From a virus (lineage: Duplodnaviria > Caudoviricetes), in the IMG/VR virus record IMGVR_UViG_3300042560_002128, positions 1-26,385 of that record: a stretch of 26,385 bases of DNA. One strand, written 5' to 3'. Made by a program: the position numbers and the translations under genes. The notes under the pieces were generated by a model. It worked only from the letters and a program-made list of their open reading frames with translations, did not search any database and had not been told where the DNA came from. This document shows, one piece after another, positions 17,614 to 24,919 of the stretch (its first letter is position 1; every line of letters begins with the position of its first letter).

Positions 17614-17614
17614 T

Positions 17615-17647
17615 AAAAAAGCCCCTCCGAAGAGGGGCCTTTATTTT
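17615..17647 (-). terminator. intrinsic terminator of the capsid operon (probably bidirectional)
   Basis: Minus strand reads GCCCCTC-TTCG-GAGGGGC-TTTTTT; a T-rich tract also follows on the plus side; lies between convergent genes. Confidence 0.9.
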
Positions 17648-17658
17648 GCCGAAAATTA

Positions 17659-18537
17659 TCAGGCCGGGACAGTCGAAGTGTACACACTCGATTCCACGAG
17701 GCCGCCAGGCTGCAGGGCCAGATCGTCGCGCTTGGGCGCTTCGTCAGGAACCAACCAGCAAACTTCGCAAATAGCGAGAGCTTTGTTCTTACCAGACAGC
17801 TTACCTGCTTGAGCACGGGGGTCATAAACACCCGAAGCCAGAGTTAAGCCAGAGGCAACAACACCGCCAAGGTTGCGGGTGGCAAACAACTGCCAAGTCC
17901 TATCTGCAGTCAGAGCAGACAAGTTGTTGGAGTTGAAAATGTTCACCGAATTGTTAGTGCCGTTAGTGATGCGGCTATTTAAACCGCTCACAGTGACACC
18001 AAACTGACCGGACACCACGGTGCCATCTGCACGGAGACCTTGGTTCATAGCAGGAACCAGCGTCAGGCAAGGCGAAGCCACACCGCCGCCAACACCGCTG
18101 CTGACCACATCGCCGCCGTCAACGCGGAGCGAAGCACGGTAAACATAAGCGCCCGAAGGAACAGTAATACCGTTCGCAATATCAGCCCGAACATCCTTAT
18201 GGTAATCAGGAGAGGGGATGATGACGTTGGCGCTGCTGAACGAACCGTTAGAACCGTTCAGACCGGAACCGTAAGGTTGAGCGTAATACTCAAGCTGGTT
18301 AACGCTACCAAGAGCCTGATAGGACAGGTCAACGTAGCCGATAGCCTGCTGAGCAATCCAGCCGGGCTGGAAGATAACACCAACAGGACCGCCAATAGGC
18401 TGGCTGGTCAGAGTTTGCGAAGTACCGTTCTCGTTCAGATAAACGACGGACTTCTCTTCGTGCCAATAACGAAGAACGTTGGTGTAGTTACCAGGATAAA
18501 TCTTGGCAACCGAGATTTGGTTGGGATTAACAGTCAT
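17659..18537 (-). CDS. capsid-associated (decoration/minor capsid) protein
   Basis: Directly downstream of the major capsid gene, with a strong GGAGG RBS, the same GC3-rich codon bias and a shared terminator. Confidence 0.65.
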   Translation of the reverse strand: MTVNPNQISVAKIYPGNYTNVLRYWHEEKSVVYLNENGTSQTLTSQPIGGPVGVIFQPGWIAQQAIGYVDLSYQALGSVNQLEYYAQPYGSGLNGSNGSFSSANVIIPSPDYHKDVRADIANGITVPSGAYVYRASLRVDGGDVVSSGVGGGVASPCLTLVPAMNQGLRADGTVVSGQFGVTVSGLNSRITNGTNNSVNIFNSNNLSALTADRTWQLFATRNLGGVVASGLTLASGVYDPRAQAGKLSGKNKALAICEVCWLVPDEAPKRDDLALQPGGLVESSVYTSTVPA

Positions 18538-18551
18538 GATTAATTACCTCC

Positions 18552-19575
18552 TCAAGCGTTGAATGAGTAGGCAATGGTGGCGAAGTCAGCGTTCAGGAGT
18601 TCGAAACCTGCGTACAGGCTCCAAATCATCATGATGAAACGGCTGAAATCGTCATTGTTGTTGAGCAGCACTTGGGCGTTGTTACCGCCGATGCCGACAC
18701 CAACAGATTGCGGACCGAAGAACATACCGATAGCAGACTCGTATGAAGACGAAGTACCGCCGATGGTCGCAGTTTGGCTCTGCGAAGGCATGTTGGTCGA
18801 TTCGAAGAAGCGAACACCTTCGAACACGAAACCGGTCGGCATGATCGGCTCACCAGCCACGAAGGTGGCTTGGCCGAAGCCCTGACCCATGTAGATGGCA
18901 GCGTTGGGCTGCATCGAGGACATCAGGGGGTTGATCTGACCATTGCCGGGATAACGAGCAACTTCACGGAAGTCGCTGTTCTGGCGCAGGTGCATCAGGA
19001 AGGTAGGATCGCAAACGCAGCGATAGAAACCATCCTGATAGGTAGGAGTGTTCCGCTTACGCAGGCTCTTCACCACGCGCAGCAGGTCATCCTTAACGTC
19101 GAACTTAGCTTGCTCGGCGTTGGCGTAGGTGAGGCTACCGACGGCGAGATCACCGGGGTAGTAGTAACCACCTTGGCTGTCAGAAGACTGACCCTTGGAA
19201 ACAGCTTTCAGGAGTTCGTTGATGAACACCCGATCACGCCAACGACGATAGTCGTCGAGCAGAGTCAGGGAGCCGATCGACTGGTGGAAAGCGGTCAGGT
19301 TACCGGTATCCAGCAGAAGACGCTGAGCAGTAATAAGGGTTTCGCGAGCAATCTTAAAGGTGCTCGGCTGAGTGGGATCGGAAGGGTCCGCAGGACCGGT
19401 GTACTCACGAAGAGTAACCAGCACTTTGTCCTTCACAATGTTTCTGCTGTTGGCAGTACCGATGGTCTGCTCAGCAGTGCGCTCCCGAGACTCCTTAGAG
19501 CCAGGGTTGCCCCAGAAACGATAACGGTCAAGCTGAACGGTCTGGCCGGGTTGTTTGGAAAAGTCGTGAACAACA
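18552..19575 (-). CDS. major capsid protein, exon 2 (spliced product 371 aa; N4-gp56/DUF4043-like)
   Basis: 'HDFSKQPGQTVQLDRY', 'VTLREY' and 'GFVFEGVRFFESTN' fit an HK97-type capsid pattern. It follows the portal and scaffold genes, has strong codon bias and joins exon 1 in frame. Confidence 0.85.
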
Positions 19576-20702
19576 CGTGTTAGGATTTGCGGGTTCAAAT
19601 CCACTCTCTGAGTTTTTCATCCTCAGAGCACTGACTATATCTTGCTCCCAAAATGACTCGTTACAATCGTTTTTCTCCCGACCCTGCTGTTATTCGAGAG
19701 TTGGCATCAAAAATGCCAGATGTCGAAGCAGCAAAAATTCTAGGAGTAACAATGGTGACGTTCTATAAAGCTAGAAAGCAATTAGGTATTCCATCTTATT
19801 TTGAGCAAACAGGTAAACGAATAAGAAAATCAGGAGAAACTTACTCTTTTATGAGTTATGATGACCGGTATTTTAAGGTCATCGATTCACCTGATAAAGC
19901 TTATTTTTTAGGTTTGCTGGCATCAGATGGAAACATAAGTCCTAGATTAACGGCTGTACGAATTGCTTTAAAAGAAGAAGATAGTCTAATTTTAGAGCAA
20001 TTTAGAAAGTTTTTAGGTGAAGATGCACCTGAACTTAAAACTAAGACTTCTAAGATAAATGGGAAGCTTAGTGCTCCTCAAAAAGTCTTAGCTCTTAGTA
20101 AAAAATCCATGGTAGAAGACTTGTTGAAATTAGGAATAACTCCAAACAAATCACACACCTTAAAACTTCTTTGTGACCTCCGTGAATTTAAAAAGGACTT
20201 CCTCAGAGGCGTGTGGGACGGCGACGGATCCATAACAGAACGACGCTTTAAAGTAACCACTGCTTCTGAAGAATTTGCCAACCAACTTCAAACTTGGATT
20301 CTCGATGTAAGTGCAGTCAAACTCCTTATAAAAAAGGAAACTACACAACGTGGAAAACAATTGTTTAATCTTCCAGGTTACATCAGGGACGCTAAAGCAA
20401 TTAGAGCTATTTACGGAGAATCTAAGTTAGGTATTGAACGTAAATTAAAAAATTACGAACAATACTGGGAGCCCCGGCGCTAGTGGACTTCATAATCCGG
20501 TCTGGATCGTATGTCCTAGTCGATGAACCTTCCACTCATTCCTGAGAGGCTTGGCTGCTGATTGCCCCAGAATCCAAACTTTTTAACCGTTCACGCTTAC
20601 TGTCACCAGTTACGTTGTAGGGTTTGGATCTTTTAAGAAGGGTTTCCAGCAATTCACCGGGTTGTCACTTTCTGATTACTCAGAAAGGCGGCTGGGTTGT
20701 CA
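19576..20702 (-). mobile_element. group I self-splicing intron (1127 nt) in the major capsid gene
   Basis: Minus-strand core elements: P AATTGCTGGAAA (~20643-20654), Q AATCAGCAGCC (20553-20563), R GTTCATCGACTAG (20516-20528), S AAGATATAGTC (19633-19643). P1 with U.G at the 5' splice site, P3, P8, P10 and terminal G19576 are all present. Confidence 0.93.
19653..20483 (+). CDS. double-motif LAGLIDADG homing endonuclease with N-terminal HTH, antisense within the intron
   Basis: Motifs 'AYFLGLLASDG' and 'FLRGVWDGDGSI', the 'LLKLGITPNKS' linker and an N-terminal 'EAAKILGVTMVTFYK' HTH. Confidence 0.92.
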   Translation: MTRYNRFSPDPAVIRELASKMPDVEAAKILGVTMVTFYKARKQLGIPSYFEQTGKRIRKSGETYSFMSYDDRYFKVIDSPDKAYFLGLLASDGNISPRLTAVRIALKEEDSLILEQFRKFLGEDAPELKTKTSKINGKLSAPQKVLALSKKSMVEDLLKLGITPNKSHTLKLLCDLREFKKDFLRGVWDGDGSITERRFKVTTASEEFANQLQTWILDVSAVKLLIKKETTQRGKQLFNLPGYIRDAKAIRAIYGESKLGIERKLKNYEQYWEPRR

Positions 20703-20794
20703 ACCGGTTCTGCAGCCATCTCTACAACATACGCGGGATGCGGACGGTAGAGCTCTGCACCGAGCAGCTTCGGAAAATCATTGTCGACGAACAA
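20703..20794 (-). CDS. major capsid protein, exon 1
   Basis: GGAGG, 8 nt, then a TTG start at 20794; encodes MFVDNDFPKLLGAELYRPHPAYVVEMAAEP(V). Not in the ORF track. Confidence 0.85.
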
Positions 20795-20875
20795 AGCGTC
20801 AACCTCCGAAAAACTACATACTTAATTTAACGAAAAAACATCTATGTGAACACTTTCTTGTCGCATTTTTAGCGT

Positions 20876-21625
20876 TTAACCTTTCTGATTGCTCGAATTA
20901 ACAGACGCACTAAATGTCCTGACAAGGTTACGTACACCCTCAGAACCTTGGAAGTACACCGAACCCAAGTTCGAAACGTAACGCGTTGAGCCGCCACGAT
21001 AGATGGTGCGGATTACAGCCGACATCAAGCCAGGAACTTGAGCCCTAGTGGCTTCCGTGTATGTACGGCAATAGACCGGAGGGTTGTATATCCAGTCAGC
21101 TCGTGTAGCAACACCCGAACTAACAGCCGTGGTCAGTAGACCACCTTCGTAGCGACCGTGAGTTACCCCACCTCCTGTAATACCTTCAGCAACCGTATTG
21201 GAATCTGGTGTTTTATAAGGAGAGTAATCTTGATTATCCGGCGCAACACCTCCGAAATACGTGTAAGGCAATGTTTGCCGAACACCGAAGTTCGAACTAA
21301 AGGAAGTTTGAACTTTGGCGTATGCGATTGTTGAAAAACCTAAAGGTCTATATCCTTCTTCAGCACTAAGAGCCCCGCTTGGTTGATACGCAACACCAGG
21401 GGTGTAATCAATCCAGTAACCCGAGACAGCCTGTGGAGCTACACGCCAGTCATCCGTTAAATACCAGGAACCGCTATTAGGGGGTCCCGGTGTAATGCGA
21501 CCGAGATCAGCTCCGACATCAACGATGCCAGAAGATACAACTAAATAAGATTCATGATTAGGTCCGCTTTGAATCTGATGCAGACCAGAATCATATTTAT
21601 AGTTCGTCAGCGGAATGTATCCCAC
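20876..21625 (-). CDS. putative virion structural protein
   Basis: 249-aa Gly/Ser/Tyr-rich ORF between the scaffold and capsid genes. Confidence 0.65.
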   Translation of the reverse strand: MGYIPLTNYKYDSGLHQIQSGPNHESYLVVSSGIVDVGADLGRITPGPPNSGSWYLTDDWRVAPQAVSGYWIDYTPGVAYQPSGALSAEEGYRPLGFSTIAYAKVQTSFSSNFGVRQTLPYTYFGGVAPDNQDYSPYKTPDSNTVAEGITGGGVTHGRYEGGLLTTAVSSGVATRADWIYNPPVYCRTYTEATRAQVPGLMSAVIRTIYRGGSTRYVSNLGSVYFQGSEGVRNLVRTFSASVNSSNQKG

Positions 21626-21665
21626 GAGGCTATGGCATATAGCCTCATTCTAAGTTTTAACTAAA

Positions 21666-21836
21666 TCAGATTTGACCCGAAGCTGCAACGATATTGTTCA
21701 ACGTGCTCATGTCGGCACTGATGTTCGCCATGTCGGCGTTGTATTGAGCTTTTAACAAATCCAGTTCCTGCTTCAGTTGTTCAACTTCCTGTGTAGAAGA
21801 AGTCGAAGACCGACGGCGACCAAGAGGATTCGGCAT
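21666..21836 (-). CDS. small coiled-coil protein (56 aa)
   Basis: Manual translation MPNPLGRRRSSTSSTQEVEQLKQELDLLKAQYNADMANISADMSTLNNIVAASGQI*. Confidence 0.7.
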   Translation of the reverse strand: MPNPLGRRRSSTSSTQEVEQLKQELDLLKAQYNADMANISADMSTLNNIVAASGQI

Positions 21837-21840
21837 GAAT

Positions 21841-22011
21841 TTATTTATTCTTAGATTCAGTATACTTCTTCGCTTTTTTCTTCGCCTTTACACGCTCAGG
21901 AAGATCGCCTTTAGTTTCTTTTTCATACTCCTCAACCTTGGCTTTAGATATTTCTCCCCGCTCAGACATCGCGTAAAATTTGCGTCTTTGGCTATCTGAC
22001 ACAAAGGGCAT
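21841..22011 (-). CDS. small basic phage protein (56 aa)
   Basis: Manual translation MPFVSDSQRRKFYAMSERGEISKAKVEEYEKETKGDLPERVKAKKKAKKYTESKNK*. GAGG RBS; the 'MPF.S..QRR...LPERV' pattern is common in phages. Confidence 0.75.
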   Translation of the reverse strand: MPFVSDSQRRKFYAMSERGEISKAKVEEYEKETKGDLPERVKAKKKAKKYTESKNK

Positions 22012-22036
22012 AAAAACCTCTAACTGGTTTAATTAT

Positions 22037-22068
22037 AAAAAAAATCCCCGAGATTTTACCCTCGGGGA
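22037..22068 (-). terminator. intrinsic terminator after the scaffold-like gene
   Basis: Minus strand reads TCCCCGAG-GGTAAAAT-CTCGGGGA-TTTTTTTT. Confidence 0.85.
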
Positions 22069-22096
22069 CTCCCACGTTTCTTCCGAACAGATTCTA

Positions 22097-23008
22097 TCAG
22101 GCTTGATCCAGGAAAAGAAGCTTGCTGCGGAAAGCTTCGGGACCCATTTGGCTCAGGTAGCGCCAAGCTTGTTCGGGGCTCTGATTCATGACTTGGCCAA
22201 AGCCTTGCCATTGGATTTGGGGATCAGCGCTAGGAGCGCCAGCACCAGCCGAAGCCGGAACAGCAGGCAGCTGGTCGTAGCGGGGCTGGTAATTTTCGGT
22301 AGGAGCAGTCTCATCCACGGGGTAAACCTCGGTAAAGAACCGATTGGTGTAATCGGCCAAATGATCCGGGTCAGTGAGGATGGTCTCCATAGCCAGACCG
22401 CGAGCTGCAACATTCTCCAGCACCGAGTGCTGCTGAATCAGTGCATCCTCAAGCACCGTGGCATACTGATTCAGAATGCCGGGAGCTTCAATGCCGAAGT
22501 GATTAACGACGGCGGTTGTTGCGGGACTTAACTGAGCGCTCTGTTGCGCGTCCGTAGAAGTCGGAGAGGAAGTTTGGGTCGTATACCCGTTGCTGTACGA
22601 GGTCGGCTGAGCCGATGGTGCCTGGTAAAGATACGGTTGGGCCAGTGAACTCTGACTGTACAGTTGAGTATCCGGCATTTGTGCCGGGCTCTGCTGATAC
22701 TGTGCTGTCTGGCTGGGGGACGGGGAGAGGCGTGAGACCACCCGTTCCAAACTGCCCATCGCTGCTTCCCACGGATTGGACGGGGAGTAAGCCGACGGAT
22801 ACTGGCTGGACTGGTTGCTGGTAGAAGGGGCCGTAACCTGTTGTACCGGCGACGGCGCTTGGGGCATAGTTGCCGAAGGCGCCCCCTGGGTAGTTGCCAC
22901 CCATTGCGGGTAGGCGGTTGAGCCCATATCCGCCGAGGGAGCGGCCTGAGGGGCTGCTACCGCCGGGGAGACCGGGCTCGGGATCGAAGCTGGGATCTGC
23001 TGGCTCAT
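22097..23008 (-). CDS. putative capsid scaffold protein
   Basis: Acidic, Gln/Pro/Ser-rich 303-aa ORF between portal and capsid with an ordered helical C-terminus, followed by a terminator. Confidence 0.6.
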   Translation of the reverse strand: MSQQIPASIPSPVSPAVAAPQAAPSADMGSTAYPQWVATTQGAPSATMPQAPSPVQQVTAPSTSNQSSQYPSAYSPSNPWEAAMGSLERVVSRLSPSPSQTAQYQQSPAQMPDTQLYSQSSLAQPYLYQAPSAQPTSYSNGYTTQTSSPTSTDAQQSAQLSPATTAVVNHFGIEAPGILNQYATVLEDALIQQHSVLENVAARGLAMETILTDPDHLADYTNRFFTEVYPVDETAPTENYQPRYDQLPAVPASAGAGAPSADPQIQWQGFGQVMNQSPEQAWRYLSQMGPEAFRSKLLFLDQA

Positions 23009-24740
23009 AGCTGCCCGAGTAAGTCAGTTCTTGCGCAAGGTGGTCAAACGTCCTATAAAGCAAGGGCGTTAGGTTTAGCCGAGGATCAGCCGCTAAGGGC
23101 GTATTCGGCGCGAGTGGATGTGGCGCTTGCAACATCTGATTCAATAATAGTAGAAATTGCTGAAAAGCGCCCTGAGTTTGTTGAATCATTCGGAAGGGAA
23201 AACCCTTCAACATTTCTGCACGCTCAGTATCCGTTTTATCCGGGAACAAATACTTCAGAGCTTCGACGCTATCAACACCAAGCTCCTGAAGATTTCGAAC
23301 GACAATAGATTTTTGGTTGACGTCATAGGCGGTGTCTTCATAAACATCACCTTGGAACCTATAAGTAACTTCCCGATCACCATCAGGTGGTAGACCGAAA
23401 ACACCACGTGGGACTTTGTTCTCGGTGACAGCAGTCTGAATAGCAACCGTAACTTGATCTTCGTACTTATTAATTTTCTTTTGATACCTAGCAACCGACT
23501 CTTCTGTTTCTTCTTTAGGTGCGTTAGGGGGCAGCATCCCCATAACCTGAATGAAACTCTCGCGGAAAACCTGCTCTTGATGGTAGAGAATCATCTCCAA
23601 CAACTTGCAGAATCCGTAGGTCAAGAAGCTCTTGTTTTTACGAAGAGCTGTCGCCTGAGCCCGACCCATCAGACCCTTAATCTCCGTGGCAGTGGCACCA
23701 GCCGAGATCGAAATCTCATCGACTCCACCTAAAGCAGTACGAATCTCTTCACGCAGTAATAAAGCGTAACGATTCATGTCCCCGTTTACCGGGTCCGGAG
23801 TCATGTAGCCCACGCGGTCGGAGGGCTCGACGTTCGCAATAATCCGAGGAACTCTTAATCCACCAAGAGCGGAATTAGAGCCGAACGGTTCAGATACCCG
23901 AGTAGACGGAGAATCGATGCCACCAAAACCACTTTGACTGCTGATTGTGGGCCTGAAAGTTCGATCAGCGTCAGATGCTTCGACAAGATCGCTACGTGGA
24001 CGCGAACTAATCAGCGTGGGATTACCAAAGAACTCAATATTCTTCGCAATATTCGAAACCATCTGATCATGAAGCACAATCTGCTCCATGAACGGTTCGA
24101 ATTCTCCTTCGCCGTCTGTTCCGCTTGCGTTCGGCTTGTTTAAAACCTCAACCGCAGGAATAAATCCAAGCGTGTTTGGACGCCTATTTTTTGGCGTTAA
24201 AACAGTGCCAGGGTCGAGCTCAAAACTTAATTCACTATTGGATTCAAACTCAGAAATTGTATCTGCAGTAATCGACAGCCTTACATAGCGTTTATTTTGC
24301 CCGTAAGTCTCTGAAGGCAACCCGAGAGCCGAATTGCGAACTTTATAGCTGTAGATAATGATTACTTCTTCAATCTCGCCGTTAATATCGTGATAAACCC
24401 TGTACTGGTTTTTATTAAAGAAATAAATTTGATATTTGAGCTTTTCATCTGGACGGAAGTAGAACAAACCGCAGCCGTCGATCAGAAAATTGCGGATAAC
24501 GGCTGGAAAACGAATGTCCAGCTTGTTAAGCGCAATTAAATCCTGTAAAAACTTGTTTCGAGCTTTGTAGGTGTCTTGCTCGCAATAGAAAAACAGACCC
24601 TTCTTCATCATCAGCAGCGTCATTTGCTGCAAATGACTCAGAACAACCATAGTGGCCGCCTGTTTACTGCGATCCTGAGTGCGAGCCGACTCTAGGATCT
24701 CATTAAAACGTTGACGGACACTAAGGTTGTCGGCAGGCAT
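22503..24740 (-). CDS. putative portal protein with a long low-complexity C-terminal extension
   Basis: 745 aa. 'NTLGFIPAVEVLN......GEGEFE', 'FFGNPTL', 'ALGGVDEIS...A..TEIK.L' follow the SPP1 gp6-like portal layout, at the head of the capsid module. Confidence 0.75.
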   Translation of the reverse strand: MPADNLSVRQRFNEILESARTQDRSKQAATMVVLSHLQQMTLLMMKKGLFFYCEQDTYKARNKFLQDLIALNKLDIRFPAVIRNFLIDGCGLFYFRPDEKLKYQIYFFNKNQYRVYHDINGEIEEVIIIYSYKVRNSALGLPSETYGQNKRYVRLSITADTISEFESNSELSFELDPGTVLTPKNRRPNTLGFIPAVEVLNKPNASGTDGEGEFEPFMEQIVLHDQMVSNIAKNIEFFGNPTLISSRPRSDLVEASDADRTFRPTISSQSGFGGIDSPSTRVSEPFGSNSALGGLRVPRIIANVEPSDRVGYMTPDPVNGDMNRYALLLREEIRTALGGVDEISISAGATATEIKGLMGRAQATALRKNKSFLTYGFCKLLEMILYHQEQVFRESFIQVMGMLPPNAPKEETEESVARYQKKINKYEDQVTVAIQTAVTENKVPRGVFGLPPDGDREVTYRFQGDVYEDTAYDVNQKSIVVRNLQELGVDSVEALKYLFPDKTDTERAEMLKGFPFRMIQQTQGAFQQFLLLLNQMLQAPHPLAPNTPLAADPRLNLTPLLYRTFDHLAQELTYSGSYEPADPSFDPEPGLPGGSSPSGRSLGGYGLNRLPAMGGNYPGGAFGNYAPSAVAGTTGYGPFYQQPVQPVSVGLLPVQSVGSSDGQFGTGGLTPLPVPQPDSTVSAEPGTNAGYSTVQSEFTGPTVSLPGTIGSADLVQQRVYDPNFLSDFYGRATERSVKSRNNRRR

Positions 24741-24778
24741 TCGAAATTAGAACCTAAAAAAGGTAAATATGTAGCTTT

Positions 24779-24919
24779 TTAGCCTTTTTGCTCCATTTTG
24801 CGCTTCATTTTAGCTTTTTTAGCTTTATGAAGAGCCTCTTTGTGCTTTTCTTTTTTGTCTTCTGAAGCGTTTTTCTCCTCAAAATGCTTACGGAGACCTT
24901 CAGGCATACGATCAGCCAT
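24779..24919 (-). CDS. small Lys-rich protein (46 aa)
   Basis: Manual translation MADRMPEGLRKHFEEKNASEDKKEKHKEALHKAKKAKMKRKMEQKG*; start overlaps the glycosyltransferase stop. Confidence 0.65.
   Translation of the reverse strand: MADRMPEGLRKHFEEKNASEDKKEKHKEALHKAKKAKMKRKMEQKG

Noticed and set aside
18040-19583. Long plus-strand ORFs 18040-18543, 18574-18885 and 18774-19583
   Set aside because: Antisense shadows of strongly codon-biased capsid genes, with no recognisable motifs.
19576-19604. ORF-track start of the capsid protein (MDLNPQILTR...)
   Set aside because: These codons lie in the intron P9 region and have no good RBS; the true N-terminus is exon 1 at 20794.
19653-20483. Intein interpretation of the LAGLIDADG insertion
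   Set aside because: The ORF is on the opposite strand with its own start and stop, has no Hint/splice-junction residues, and is flanked by group I RNA core motifs.
21980-22531. 183-aa plus-strand ORF
   Set aside because: Antisense to the scaffold gene, crosses a terminator and a small real gene, and has no motif support.
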